DNA of 64,000 nt from Gnetum montanum. Its lineage: Eukaryota; Plantae; Gnetophyta. Location: assembly GCA_015680685.1 (NCBI GenBank), contig MNCI01000651.1, positions 310,001-374,000 of the forward strand. The letters are read 5' to 3'. A model generated the notes under the pieces. The model searched no databases, was not told the origin of the DNA, and saw only the letters and a program-made list of their open reading frames with translations. Made by a program: the position numbers and the translations under genes. Shown here piece by piece: positions 36,380 to 51,002 of this stretch (positions within the stretch are counted from its first letter, which is position 1; the number at the start of each line of letters is the position of its first letter).

Positions 36380-39124
36380 ACTGAAATTTTTTACTAAAAA
36401 TAGTAAAAAGTTCAAAACAATCTTTTTGACAATGTCATTCCACCAATCCACTATTTTACCTTTTAACTTCATCGAGACTAGATCTAGCCAACAAGCCATA
36501 AGGATGTATGACCCCAATGACCATGTCATAGTTGAGTGTAGGCAATCAATCACACTTAAGGGATGAAGCACCAAATTTTTAGTGATAAATGAATATCACT
36601 AAAACTTCATTTACATCAAAATTTAGGTTGGCATGCTAATTCCAATAATGGAAGTAGAAGCCAAACAAGAATATGAACTTATCCATCACAATGGAGAGGA
36701 ATACATACCTTCCCCATATGATAAGATACCCCTAACGAAAACCTACATTTGCATCTCAATTAATTGAGATGGATGAAGGGAAAAGGAAGGCTAGCTTGGA
36801 TGAGTAGCAAGAAGAAGAGGATGAGCTCAGGGTTGAGTCCAAACATGAAAATCTCATGGAAGGGTTGTTCCAATAATTGACCCCCAAATCCATGGTTCCT
36901 ACCTCAATCCCCTTTACCTATTCTATGGGATAGATTCCCTAGTCCTCACCTTCCCCATATCTAACTATATTTTGATCCACACCTATTATAGTAGTGCATC
37001 AAACATAATAGATGTCATAGTTAATAACCTTTCAATTTTCCATGCCTTTTCTACCCAACCATAGTCAAGGTGATCATCATCGATGGTTGTAACCACCACT
37101 AATCCCACATTCATCTAGATGGGACCTACCATGAAATCTCAAGTGACTCAAGGGTCACATATTCCATTTGTCCTCTTTATGCCCTAAATACTAGCACAAA
37201 CTTCTTTCTCATTGTTTAGCCCATCAATGACCATGATGATCCAACCTCTTCCCTTAGTGCCAAAACCTATTGTGAGGCCACAAGTCTCTTAGCTTACATC
37301 ACAACCTTTCGTGTGAACCCCATGACCCACTTGAGCATCTCAAGGCATTGATTAAGACTTCCAAATGATCTAGGACCTAATGGATGAGTTACAAAGGCTT
37401 AAGCCTTTCACATCTCAAACTATTAAAGTTATGAATTTATATTAGGATGATACCATCAATCCTACAACTAACTCTTCCTCCAAGTGTCCCCATACTATAA
37501 TTTGCCAAGTACAATGATGAAGGTGACTCGAACTCATACCTTATAATCTTCTACTTTGAGTGCCTGTTGTTACAAGCCTAGACACACAACAATAATGAGA
37601 ATATTACCTATGTAACTTATAGGAAAATCCCTTGATTTGTATCATGTCTTACCAAGAAGATCCATATCCTCTTTGGACGATCTAATTTCACAATATTTTA
37701 ATCATTTGAAATACAACTTAAAATCTAATACAATCCTTGACTAATTGATGAAGGTCAAGCAAGGACCCCTTGAGCTAGTGTAAAATTTCATCCAACGATG
37801 GAACACTTTTCTTAATAACTAAAACTCATCTTTTAATTATATTCAAGGTGGTGGTTAATGACTTTATCAAGTTGAAATTATACTATTTAGATCTACAGTT
37901 ACTTAGTCAAACATTTTTGCAAACAAAGAACATAGAGGATGGCACAAAAGCTAGTGATAACTCTACCTATGTAGCATACTAAAACGAGCATCCATGGAAG
38001 AATAAGAAGAAGGGAAGGTAAAACAATGTAGCGGTGGCCACTATGGCAAGAAAAAGTAAAATGACCAACCAAGGGCTAAGAACAAACCAACACATGGGCT
38101 CTACTAACAACAATAATCAACCCTCAACATCTATGACCTCTCCCTTAACAACTTTTTAGGCCTAATTTTCAGCAAAAAGACCTATCAAAGTGTACTAGGC
38201 TACTATTGAAAGCATCAGAACTTTTGGAGCAACTGTTAAAGAGTGGAAGGATACAATAAAAATAGATAATGGAAAAATCCCATAAGAGGCATGAGAGGCT
38301 ATGTGAGATAGCCAAAGATCCCACTCATGCAATCAATGATAATCCTCTGGTGCATAGATACTTTAAGTTTGATCTCTTCTAACATTATCATCAATTTCCA
38401 GGTCATGATACCAACCTTTTCCTTGTGCTAAAATATGACTTGTAAAAGATGAAAGATAAGGGTAAACTAGTACTTTAAGCCTCTAATCTAGTTAGGCCAC
38501 AGAACCAATTGATGCATGTTTATAAGCTCCATTAAATGCTAATAACAACCCATATACCATAATAACACTTAATGTCAACAACAATATAAATCTTGAGAGT
38601 TTTTTGTGATCCAAGTACCTCCTCACAACAAAATGAGCCCTTTAAATTTCACTAGTTCAAGGATCCCCTTTTTTGTAAGGATTCCATCACCAACATCCCC
38701 CAAAAAGCCTTTTGTTAGTAGAGTTCCCCCTACTATTACAACTGATTCCACTTGTACAACTGAACAATAATCCCCTATGGTGGCCAATGTAATAGATTCT
38801 TCTTTTCCACCAACCAATGATAACAAGAAATTCCCAACTAAACAATAGAAGAAGCTTATGCAAGCCTAAACATAAAGATAGTAAGCAAGCCAAGGCACAG
38901 AAGCCTAAACATCTCATCTATTCTCATGACCTTTATTTCCAAGGCTACTTCAACTAGTAAATCATAGGAGGATCTCAAACCCTAAGGGAAGGGAAAAGGG
39001 GTGAAGTGACAATAACCAAAACATGAAGTCTAGATTTTGGGGTGCATGGAGGAAGTTAAAAAAATTGAAACAAAAAACTATATTCATTTGCAAATCTTTC
39101 AAGGATTAGAAAGCATTTTCACAA
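36380..39124 (+). pseudogene. gag: Degenerate gag of element E; most of the protease deleted near 39060
   Basis: KYNDEGDSNSYLIIFYFECLLL..KSLDLYHVLPRRSISS and HYHQFPGHDT align with B. The alignment jumps from B ~24245 to ~23350. Confidence 0.8.
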
Positions 39125-39589
39125 GTGATGTATACCCCTATGCTCCTACCCCATGCACTTATGACCATGTAACTATATTCCCTTATAGCCTAGTAGTCCA
39201 ATTTACACTTTATTTGTATTTTTGGTTTTATTTGCCTTATATTAAATTTAGAATTTTATATAGATTAAAGTTTACTTTTTTTGAATTTTCACTTTTAAAG
39301 CATTTTATTTTCTTTTTTTCAAATATAAAAAAATGTTATAAAATTTTTAAAACTAGAAAATCCATAAAAAGTTTTATGTTTTCCTTTGCAAAACCATGGT
39401 GCTTGCCATGGCCTTAAACTAGCAAATTTTATAGTCTACCATGATCTAAACCTAGTAAATCGTATGACTTATCATGGCCTAAAACTAGCAAAAATATATA
39501 GCCTATTTACAACTTAGTTTACATCCTTATAGCCTAGCCGTTTTTATCATTTTTAGCATTCGATGATATTGTAAGATGACCAATGTAGC

Positions 39590-40391
39590 CCTATGGTCTA
39601 AGTGAATACAACTTGTTCCCACCACCACATAGGTGGATCTTTAATGACACAACTTGTTCCCAAAAGAAGTTTTTGAAGCATCTACATTCGCAAAAATATT
39701 TTGCATATGAGAGTGCACATGAAGTGGCACTCTTGTACAACTTAGGTGGGATATTAGGCATATTAGAAGGTAGTGCAGGTAATTCATCAATCTCTACAAC
39801 TTGGTTAAAATCCCATTTCATCTTAGGCACTGTAAACAACATAATACAAAAAAAAATTAGACACATAAAATTAGTTAAAAATTGAAAAAGAAAAAATAAC
39901 AAGAAACTACATAACCATAGAAACTAAGTGAAAATAAAAAACATTTAAATAACAAAGGAAAAATAAATTAGAACTCACACAAACATAATGAGCTATTTTT
40001 TGCAACTGGTTGATTATATCTTTAGCCACACCTCACATAAACTTAGTCTTATAAGGTGTATCTACTCATGCTTTCATGTGGAATGTCGAGGTGGAAGTAG
40101 AAACCTAAGGCTCTAGAGCTATAATCAGCATAATAAGCAATTACCAATGGTGACCAAGGTTAAACATAAAACAACAAAGAAAAATAAAAAATAATAATAC
40201 AACATATGAAACTAAAAGTTACAAGTACCTAAAAGATCCTCTAGTGTTATAGTAGAAGGTTCACCTAGGTGTCAATCCCTAAACAAGGCATCAAAGCTAT
40301 CCATTGAAGGATGGGATAGACTCTCATTCTCATGATGCTATAACACGTCCTCTTCTAAATACCTTCATTCTGCCTCTATTACTATTGCTAT
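39590..40391 (-). pseudogene. 3' exons of the antisense accessory gene of element E
   Basis: EIDELPALPSNMPNIPPKLYKSATSCALSYAK..WEQVVSLK aligns with B EIGSLPKFPFNVYSVPLKLYETATNLAMSCEK..WEQVMALR; the acceptor is at the equivalent position. Confidence 0.75.
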
Positions 40392-41516
40392 TGAGGATCA
40401 TAGAAGTTAGAAGGAGGGATGAAAAAGTTTCTCACATTAAAATTTTTATCTAGAAAGAGCTCAACCAATTTTAACATGATTTCCTACCTTAGGTAGTCCA
40501 TACTAGGAGGGTAGATTGCTTACATACCTCTAGACATTTTTTCTCTTAAAAGTGGCTTGAAGGGTATCACACTCTATAAAAGCTCTAAGCTCCTCTCCTA
40601 AGTGATTCAACATCATGAATCCACTTAACCCTACAAGATTCTAACAAGCTTGGATAGTGGTTTTCAAGATCCCAATACCTTTACAAGTTAAGCTTTGCTT
40701 TAGAGTGTTGTGATGCTACATCAACCCTTAATCCCATAGAATCCCAAAAATATCAAGGATGATGCCTTCTAGCAAGAATAATAGTAATCCTATAGGGTAA
40801 TAAAATAAAAATAAGAATTACATGGAAAGGATGAAACTAATTTGTTGGTCCTTGTACTTTGATATACAGCACAACTAATTACTTAAAAAAGTACAAAAGA
40901 TAGTACAATGTACTACCCAAAAATAATAGAATAATATGCACAATGATTGCTTGATGTTGACACTTGCTTGCACACAAATTTGCACATTCTCTAAGAGATT
41001 GAAGTCTTATTATATCCTTCACATTTCTAAAATCACCTCAGAATTCATGCAATAGCTATATAACAGCTAAGGGAGATGTCTTCTTCAAGATTGGGACATC
41101 TGATTAATCAGACTTGAATTCTAGATAGATGTCTCAAATCCAGGGGAGATGTCTTCTCCATCTAGTAGACGTCTACTATTCTTACAATATGCCTTCAATG
41201 CTTCTTCTATTCTTCAGTTAAGATGTCTTCTGCTTCTTGTAGACATCTTCACAACTTTTGGATTTTTCTTCCCAAGGCTTCCTTTCATTGATTTGGTTCA
41301 TCCATGATCTTGGGAACTTCTTCATTTTGCTATAGTCTTCACCTTTATCCTTGCTCACACTTTAGTTCTTGATTCTTCACTTTGACATGTATTTGTAGAT
41401 GTCATTTCTTTGGCTTTCCTTGTAGCCTCCATGTTCTTGTCCTATAAACACAATAACCACACAAACATCCTTGTTCTCCATTTCTCTTAAGGTTTTCACA
41501 TACCAAAAGGTCAAAA
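40392..41516 (-). repeat. 3' LTR of F
   Basis: tgaggatca...taccaaaaggtcaa; adjacent to the decayed PPT region. Confidence 0.87.
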
Positions 41517-44500
41517 ATATCCTTGTTTCTTATGATGTTCAAAACTTAAAAAAATGGGTTAGTATTTTACAGAAAGCACTAAGGCATATATTCTTAATTC
41601 TACTTATAACATCAATTATGTCATACCATAATACATCATAATACAATATTAACCATGTTAGATCAACCTAACTCTTTCCCTTTTTGGACATCATAAAAAA
41701 TGTATAAAGATAAAGTTGCAAACGATCATAATAAATGCATATGAACTTAAGAATGCTATAGATGTAAATATGATTGTCAAGGAAGAACAAGCAATTAAAA
41801 AGTACACATTACTAAGCATTGATAGAATAGGATTGATCAAACCAAATAAGTGCTACCCATTATCTATTTACATAAGGATGTTAGAAATAATGAGGTACAA
41901 TCCTTAGAGTTGAAATCTAGAGATGAAAATTCATCATTGAAGATCATATAGCTTGTCTTAGTGTCAAAACATCATGACCAATACTCAAGTTTTATCCAAT
42001 GTTCTCCTCCTTTTGTAATAAAACAATAAAGCATAAGGCAGGTAAAACATGAAAATTCAACTTTTAAGGCAAAGAAAGATATCTACTTATATCAAAAGAT
42101 CAATCATTTATATGATAACCACCTATATTTTTATCAAATAAACAAAAGAAAATAAATAAATATATGTATATACATCATATCTTACCAAAAGAGACCATGA
42201 ATACTTGTTTATGTTCCAACCTTTCATTGAACACTAAAATCTTCTAAGTCGCAACAATGACTTGTCCTACTTAAAATGATATATTCATATGAATAAGCTC
42301 CTTTTGGTGTATGTTTAGCTAAGGATGATGGAGTGGTATATCTTGCTACTTGAGCATCTTTTGGTGGAGGTCTCAAAAGACTCCCCCTATTCTAGTGGCC
42401 TATTAGATGATCATAAATAATTAGGTGCAAGCTCCCCCTACATATGTGTAGATCCTAATGCTACCTTTGAGTCCTTATGGATCAACTTGTTCTTTTTCAA
42501 AAAGTAATCTTCATGTTTCTTTTAACATCAAAGTCGTACCCCTGTAATGCAACATTAGGATCAAGTGTAGAGGCTAACGTCTCCTATTAAAAGTATTACA
42601 TCATAATTTCTCTTAAAATGATCTTTTTCTCATAATATTTATGAATTTTATCAAAGGTACCAATTCAGATAATTATGTATCAAAACGTTTCCAAAAGAGA
42701 TTGAACTTTGTGAGCACAAAGGCACTATCATAGGACATATAATGAAGGTTCAACAAGAAACCTTTAGCTCATGAATTTCATGAAAAAATTTTTAGTCACT
42801 TAAAACAAGTATTCTAGCTAAGAATTCAAAAGATGATTTTTCAACAAAAGTGTCAAAACAATTTGCTTAAATATTCCAAAGGAAATGATCTTTAAGACAA
42901 TGAATAGTTCATCACAAGGTTTTTAGACCAAGAAATGCATGCAAGGATTTTAAGCCTTTTAAATAGTAATATAAGAAATAAATAAATTAATTGCAAGTAC
43001 CAAACAACACAATTACATAAATCCAATTACACCATGTAAAAGAAAATACCATAATTAATTATTTCAATGAAAAAAAATCTTTTCTAGTTAGTGCTAATCT
43101 AGAGTTAGCATCCCACAAGTAAAGTAAGCACATATCAAAAATAATTTTAGACTTACAAAATTTACCAAAAAAAGAGAAAGAAACTTACCTTAACTTACTT
43201 TGCTTGCAATTGAGAGGAAGAATACTTATGAAGTTTGAGATGAGGTTCTCTATCATGAAGTACCTCCTTACCTTTCAGTTCCTTTTCATTAGATCTTTTG
43301 TACAATGACTCATGTTATTTATAAGTAAATCCTTGATCATTTATTGTATCATCCATCTCTTTGAGGAAGTTTTCAATTCTTCACTTTTTATTTTTAGCTA
43401 CTGCTATTGACAAAATATTCTTACTAGTATCTTTTTAACAAGACCAAACATCACTCATATTTTTATCATCATGAGAATTATCAAAGTTTTGTTTACTACC
43501 ATAATTTTTACAAAAAAATAAGTTATTCTTCTCATGAATGAAATTATCAATCTTGATAATGCTTGAGCTTGAGCTTGTATCCTTCTATGATACTTTCTCT
43601 ATGTTCTTTGGTTGCTTTTCAAGAGTTTCTCCTTCTTGAAAATTTCTAGAATCCTTATTTAAAGAAGTTAGTTGTTGAATCTCATCCTTTATGTCTAATA
43701 TTTCTCCTTTTAATCAATTTGAATAGCATCAAGCTTGGTATTTAAGAATTTCTTTGCCTTTCTATGTAAATAATGTAAAACAAGAATTTCTTCTCTTAGT
43801 TCACTATACCTTTCATCATTCTTACCACCTTGTTCTATAGTTTTTAGAGAATTTTTGTCTATAGGAACCATGAATATGAGAAGAGAATATTTGGTACAGG
43901 TTTCTACTTATTCTTCACTTTGATTACAATCATTCCAACTTGTATAGAATTTTGTCTTTTTCCACTCCTCATCATCTCTATCCTTTCACTACCATCTACT
44001 ATTATTAGGACATTTAGAGGCCAAATGGCCTCTTCAACCACATACCCAAAATTATATACAAGGAAAATCAAAATTATAATTGGAAAATTTTTTACTCATT
44101 TACTTACCTCTTTTTTGATTTAAGCACTTTTCCCTTTTTTCTCATGAGTCTTTGTAGCCCTCTAGAGAGAAGGAACCATCTCCTATTTGCACCTCACATC
44201 TTACTCATTAAGTTTGTTCCCCTTGGAGATAGTCTTTAAAGTGATGGGTTTTTCTTAAATAGCTCCTTTTTCTTATGGGGTTCATTTCATAAGCAATGAA
44301 AGCACTTTTAAGGTCTTCAAATTTTAGAGTTGAAAATTCTCTAATTTCTTCCATTGTCATGACCATTCTCTTAATTAATGATCAATCAAATTAGGTTCTT
44401 ATTATGACATCACTCTCTAGCTAGTTTTTGTCAATACCTCTAATGGCCACAACAAGATCATTGACTCTAGAAAAATAATCTTTTATTTTCTCTCCTTCTC

Positions 44501-45136
44501 ACATTTTTAGCTTGTCATACTTACTTTTCAAAATTAACCATTTGGGTTGTTTAACTATAAACATTTCTTCATAAGTAGCCTCTAATATTTTCCAAATTTC
44601 TTTGATCATTTTGTATCCTGCTATTCTATTAAACTCTAATTTATTCAAAGCACAATATAGAAATTTTTTTTCTTTAGAGTCAAACATGAACTAATCTTCT
44701 TCTTCACTCCATTTGTTGTGGTGCTTGATTTCTCCTATTGTTGACCTTTTGGTATGTCAAAACCTTAAGGAAAATGGAGAAAAAAGGATGTTTATGTGCT
44801 ATTGTGTTTATAGAAAAATATTATGGGCAAGGACTTCATAGAGGTTTGGAAAGAACAAAGATTATGGAAAAGGACATCATATGCAAATTAGGAGTAAGAG
44901 CAAAGGACTCAAGGGATAGAAAATTAGGAGCAAGAGCAAAGGACTCAAGGACTCACAAGCAAGGTTGACATAATCAATGATGCATGCACAAGTTCAAGAG
45001 CATGGGCAAGGAACAAATATTTCAATGTATAAATAAAACTATAAAATGGCATCTTAATGAAATAGCAAATGTCTTGGCTAAATCGATGGTATTGAAGTCT
45101 AGTACTCTTCTTCATCATCAACTTCAATAGTGAATA

Positions 45137-47280
45137 ATAGACAGAACATATTATACAAAGCCACCCATGTTTGGTGGATTTGACTTCACCTATTTGAAAG
45201 CTATGATGTAAGGATTCTTTGAATCTATGGAGTTCAAATTTTGGAAGTCCATCCTTAAAGTCTATAATCTACTTATCGATAGCTCCATTGGAACCATCAA
45301 GCCCCGTAACAAATGGATAGAAGAGGAGAAAGATAAGTTTATTTTTATTAAAAAGCAAAAAATTGTTTATATTGTGCTTTGAATAAATCTAAGTTTAATA
45401 TAGTAGTGGGATGCAAAATGGCCAAAACAATTTGCCAAATATTAGAAACTACTTATGAAGAAACCTCTATTGTCAAACAATCTAAATTGTTAGTTTCACA
45501 AAGTGAATATGATAAGCTTATAATGAAAGAAGGTGAGAAAATAAAATATTAATTATCTAGAGCAAATGATATTGTTGTAGCCATTAGAGGTACTAGTAAT
45601 GATTTTCCTATGAGCAATGTCATCATTACAATGATTAGAACACTTCAGCCAAAGTTCAAACCAAAGGTGATGGCCATGAAGAAAATCAAAGATTTTTTAA
45701 CTCTAAAATTTGAAACGTTTCAAAGTGTTCTCATTGCTTATGAAATCAACCTCATAAGTGAAGGAGCAATCTAAGAAAACCCCATTGTTCTAAATACTAT
45801 CTCAAAGAAGAAGGAGCTTAATGAGCATGATGAAAGCAGCAAAGATGAGATTGCATTTCTCGAAAGGAAGCTATAGTGATTGATAGTAACAAGAACAAGG
45901 GACTAAATCAGTAAAGATCCAATATATTTAAAGATAAAGAAAGAGGTAAAAAAATTTTAAATTCTAACATTGATTTCTCTNCTAGAGCAAATGATATTGT
46001 TGTAGCCATTAGAGGTACTAGTAATGATTTTCCTATGAGCAATGTCATCATTACAATGATTAGAACACTTCAGCCAAAGTTCAAACCAAAGGTGATGGCC
46101 ATGAAGAAAATCAAAGATTTTTTAACTCTAAAATTTGAANNNNNNNNNNNNNNNNNNNNNNNNNNNNNNNNNNNNNNNNNNNNNNNNNNNNNNNNNNNNN
46201 NNNNNNNNNNNNNNNNNNNNNNNNNNNNNNNNNNNNNNNNNNNNNNNNNNNNNNNNNNNNNNNNNNNNNNNNNNNNNNNNNNNNNNNNNNNNNNNNNNNN
46301 NNNNNNNNNNNNNNNNNNNNNNNNNNNNNNNNNNNNNNNNNNNNNNNNNNNNNNNNNNNNNNNNTAAAGAAAGAGGTAAAAAAATTTTAAATTCTAACAT
46401 TGATTTCTCTTCTATAGAATGTTGGATTTTTGGTGGAAGAGGCCATATGTCCTTTGAATGTCCTAGTAATAGTAGGGTGTAGCAAAAGGACAAATCCAAT
46501 GATGAGGAATTGAAAAAGACCAACTTCTTCACAAGTTGGAATGATGGTGGAAAAATTTAAGAGAAAGTAGATGAATCTACCAACGATTCTCAACTCATAT
46601 GCATGGCTCTAACAGAGGAAGATTCATTCCAAGCTACTAATGATCTACAAGGTAAAAATGATGAAAGGTATAGTGAATTATGTAAAGAGATTCTCATCCT
46701 TTATTACTTAATTAGAAAGGTATATGATTTTTTGAATAGAATAGTTGATGCAATTCACACTAATTAAAACAAGAAATATCAAAGATAAGAGCTAACATCC
46801 AACAACTAACCTCTTTTAACAAGGATTATAGGGATCTTCTACGAGGAGAAATAGATGAAAGTTAACCTAGGAATGAAAATGAAGAAAAAGTCTCACAAGA
46901 GGGTACAAGCTCAAGCATAAGCACAATCATGTTTGATAATGTCATTTGTAAGGGTGATAATCTATTTGTTTGCATAAATTATAGTAGAAAACAAAATCTT
47001 TATTATTCTTATGATGACCAAAATAAGATTCATGCTTGGTCTTCTCAAAAAGGTTCTAGTAGGAATATTTTTTAGGCAACAATAACTGAGGATGAAAGAA
47101 ATTGAGAATTAAAAATTTCCTCAAAGATACAAATGATTCAATAAGTGATCATGAAGAAAATCATCAATTAGAGTCATCATACAAAAGATCTAATTTAACT
47201 AAAACAAAAGGTAAGGAGGTACTTCATGATGAAGGACCTCATCTCAAACTTCATTAGTCTTCCTACTCTCATTTTAAAGC
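45137..47280 (+). pseudogene. gag: Copia gag of G
   Basis: KPPMFGGFDFTYLK.., LYCALNKSKFN..ILETTYEE, zinc knuckle CWIFGGRGHMSFECP. Confidence 0.88.
45981..46410. other. Assembly gap with a false exact duplication
   Basis: 45982-46139 is identical to 45557-45714 and 46365-46410 to 45935-45980, around N runs. Other gaps: 18333-18408, 34264-34330, 48517-48893. Confidence 0.88.
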
Positions 47281-48893
47281 AAGGTAAGTCATGGAAAGTT
47301 TCTACGACCTTGCTTGCTAAATTTTATAAATTCTAAATTCTTTTTGACATATAAGGAATGTTCTCTCTTGATCAACTCTTATAAGAGAATTTTTTGAATT
47401 ATTATTTATAGTATTCTTTATGTGCATATAAGCATGCTTTTCTAAAATTTGTGATGTGGCTTCAAAAATGAATTTATTGGGTACTTACATTGTTCAAGAT
47501 TTTAAATTGAGTTATTTGATAAAAATAATAAATCTTTTGAAGAACATTTTTTAGGGAAACTATCAGTATTGATAGGAGATTCTTGTCACCATGCTTGATT
47601 TTAACATTGGTTTGCAAGGTTGGTACTTTGATGAGAAAAGATTAAGTTGAACCGAAAAGAGCTTTAGAGTCTACACTTTTGTAGTGGAAGCCTATACCTA
47701 ATCATCAATCATCATTTAAGGAGGGACTAGTATAGAGGAGGTACTTTGATTCTTTTACCAAAAGGCACTCTAGTAGAAAAACTTCATTTCAATTCACCCT
47801 CACCGAAAATTAAGCAAAGGAGAGCTTTTTCTCTAGTGATATTTTACAATTTTTTTCAAAAAGAAGATCCTTATTGGTAAATTCTTGCAAGATATTTTGG
47901 TTATATTTACTTTAAGTACCTATCATCCTTACTACAAATATGTACTCATCTTTAAGAACCTCAAGTGCTCTCATTGGTACTTGAAATGCTATTCCCAATT
48001 TCTTTTGATAAAAGATGAAGTATATCTATATAGATATACTTTTTGTTTCTTTTTGACAAATAAATGTTTTTTTGTGGTTGATCTTGTATCCATTTATGAT
48101 GTTAGCATGTGTTTCTTTATCTAATGTTATGTTTTAACATGTTTCTACCTTCTTGTATTAAGAAATCCTACCTTGTGTTAATATGTGATGTTAGCTCCAT
48201 TAATAAGCACTTATAAGAGGATATATTTAGTATCATCAAATTTTTTAGTTTTTTGAATGTATGCACATAATTTGATTACCTTTCTAACTACATGAATATG
48301 TATGGTTGTATATTCTTATGGAAAAATCATTTTTTTAAAAGCCTTAAGTTAAAGCTTCTTATATTTTCTAATCTACATAGTTTCAATATGGAACTACTAT
48401 TTAATTGATTGCTCAAAAGGCTCTTGAAAATCCTAGACATGTTGTGCATCTTGGGATGAATAGATAATAGGGTTGTTCTTGATATAAATGATTTTACTTT
48501 ATTAGCCCTATGGAATNNNNNNNNNNNNNNNNNNNNNNNNNNNNNNNNNNNNNNNNNNNNNNNNNNNNNNNNNNNNNNNNNNNNNNNNNNNNNNNNNNNN
48601 NNNNNNNNNNNNNNNNNNNNNNNNNNNNNNNNNNNNNNNNNNNNNNNNNNNNNNNNNNNNNNNNNNNNNNNNNNNNNNNNNNNNNNNNNNNNNNNNNNNN
48701 NNNNNNNNNNNNNNNNNNNNNNNNNNNNNNNNNNNNNNNNNNNNNNNNNNNNNNNNNNNNNNNNNNNNNNNNNNNNNNNNNNNNNNNNNNNNNNNNNNNN
48801 NNNNNNNNNNNNNNNNNNNNNNNNNNNNNNNNNNNNNNNNNNNNNNNNNNNNNNNNNNNNNNNNNNNNNNNNNNNNNNNNNNNNNNNNNNNNN

Positions 48894-49658
48894 TTCATGA
48901 AGACATCTTCACAAAGACATCTTTCTAGAAAGAATGTCTAACATAGAAAGATGTCTTAACCTAGAAGAATAAGTCTCCAGTGATTATTAGATAGTCATTG
49001 CATAAATTCCAAAGGAATTTTGAAAACATATTTGCTATAAGAAGACATCATTCCATTTGAAAGTGTGCAAGAATTATGTACTATCAAGTTTCATTATCAA
49101 GAAATCATTTTAATTATCATTATCTTATTATTATTTCTCATTATGGTATCTTTTGTCAATTGTAATTGGTCAAAGATAGCTGTACCTTAGAGTACAAGGA
49201 TTAGTAAACTTAGTTGCATTCGTTCCTTGTAATTGTTGTTTTATTTTATTGGCCTATGAGATTGATGTACTTCTTGTAAGAAGGGATCTTACTTGAGCTT
49301 GTCAAGATCTTAAGGGATTGAGTGTTAGTATAGTGCCTCAACACTCCAAAGCAAAGCTGAAGTTGTGAAGGTTATGGGATCCTAAAAACCACATTCTAAT
49401 CTTGTTAGGACATTGCAAGGTTGAGTGGATTCATTGCATCAAATCACTCTGTAGTGGAGCTTACAGCTTGTACAGGGTGTGGTATCCTTCAAATCACATT
49501 TTGAGAGCAATAAAGTCTAGAGGTATGCTAGCAAACTACCCTCTAAGTGTTAACTATCCAAGTTGAGACACCATGTTAATTTTCATGTGTGCTTTGTTTC
49601 AAAAAAATTATCAGTTGGGAAATTTATTCATCTCTCCTTTTAATTTCAATGATCCTCA
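48894..49658 (+). repeat. 3' LTR of G (start hidden in gap)
   Basis: Homologous to the distal part of the F/H LTRs. Confidence 0.82.
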
Positions 49659-49881
49659 CATATTGTGATGTATACATGTGATGTTTAGCATTAAAGAATG
49701 GATTCCCAAACTTCAAAATCCATAGATTTGAAGAATCCTTGCATCCTTACTTTCGAATAGGTGAAGTCGAATCCATCTAACATTGGTGGCTTTATGTACA
49801 AGGTTCCCTCCATTTTTCACTCTTAAGGATGATGAAGAACTGATTAATAAAGCACCAAGAGTACCAAGCTCTGATGCTAGT

Positions 49882-51002
49882 TAAGGATCGTAGAACTTAG
49901 AAGGGGGGATGAGTAAGTTCCCTAAATTAAAATTTCCAAACACAAAGAACATAAGCAATTTTAACATGGTTTCCCAACTTGGGTAGTTCACACTCAGAGC
50001 ATAGATCACTTGCACATCTCTAGACTTTGTTTCTCTTAAAAGTGGTTTTAAGGATACCATACCTTGTACAAGCTCTAAGCTTTGCTCAAAAGTGATTTAA
50101 TGCCATGAATCCACTCAACCCTACAAGGTTCTAAAAAGCTTATAAATTGGTTTCTAGGATCCCACAACCTTTACAACTTGAGATCTGCTTTAGAGCATTG
50201 TGGTACTACACCAACACTCAATCCTGTAGGATTCCAACAAGCTCAAGGACGATGCCTTCTAGCAAGAAGCACATCAACCCTATAGGAAAACAAAAGAGAA
50301 ACAAGAATTACAAGAAATGAAAGCAACTAATTTTCTTGTGCTTGTATTTTGAGGTATAGAAAAACTGATCATTTACAATAGTATAAAAGATAGTACAATG
50401 AAGTACCAAAAATTAATAGAATAATATACACAATGATTTCTTGATGTTGACACTTTCTTGCAAAAAAAACTTTCACATTCACCAAGAGAATGAAGTCTTC
50501 TTATAGCCTTGATGTTTTTTAAAATCACCTGAAAATTTATGCAATGGCTAGGGAAAACATCTTGATCGAGATTGGGATGTCTCAGTGATTAGACCTAAAT
50601 TCTAGGTAGGCATATCATATCTAGGGAAGATGTCTTCTAAGACACATCCACATGTAGATGTCTTCTCCATGTAGTAGATGTATAGTATTTTTATAAGACA
50701 TCTTGTATGCTTTATTTGTTCTTTAGTCAAGATGTCTTCACAGATGTTAAACTTTGGTTCTCCAAATTTCCTTTCATTGATTTTCCTCATTCATGATGTT
50801 AGGAACTTCTCCATTTTGCTGTAGTCTTCATCTTTGTCCTTACTCTCACATTAGTTCTTGAGTGTTCACTTTGACATCTCTTTGTAGATGTCATTTCTTT
50901 GGCTTTCCTTATGGTCTTCATGTTCTTCTATAAACACAAAAATCATACAAAAATCCTCATTCTTCATTTTCCTCAAGGTTTTGACATACCAAAAGGTCAA
51001 CA
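49882..51002 (-). repeat. 5' LTR of F
   Basis: Direct repeat of 40392-41516; adjacent PBS agctctgatgcta. Confidence 0.88.

Larger units (their letters stand above)
44739..49658 (+). mobile_element. Element G: gag-only Copia of the same LTR family, inserted antisense into F's gag; 5' LTR internally deleted (~350 bp left)
   Basis: Starts tgttgaccttttggtatgtc and ends gatcctca. TSD cctat/catat. PBS-like tggtattgaagtc at ~45087. Gag at 45137-47280. Confidence 0.83.
43250..49835 (-). pseudogene. gag: Copia gag of F, split by G (parts 49664-49835 and 43250-44738)
   Basis: KPPMLDGFDFTYSKVRMQGFFKSMDFEVWESIL | IGEIK..LYCALNKLEFNRIAGYKMIKEIWKILEATYEE; knuckle remnant VCG*RGHLASKCPN. Confidence 0.88.
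40392..51002 (-). mobile_element. Element F: SIRE-like Ty1/Copia, gag-only non-autonomous element (contains G)
   Basis: LTRs 40392-~41516 and 49882-51002. tRNA-Met PBS at ~49867-49879. Degenerate TSD gctat/actac. Gag present, no pol motifs. Confidence 0.87.

Noticed and set aside
45557-46410. Tandem duplication within G's gag
   Set aside because: The copies are 100% identical and abut N runs in otherwise old DNA, indicating an assembly artefact.
46035-48941. Long ORFs containing X runs (also 34158-34449)
   Set aside because: They are translations of N gaps.
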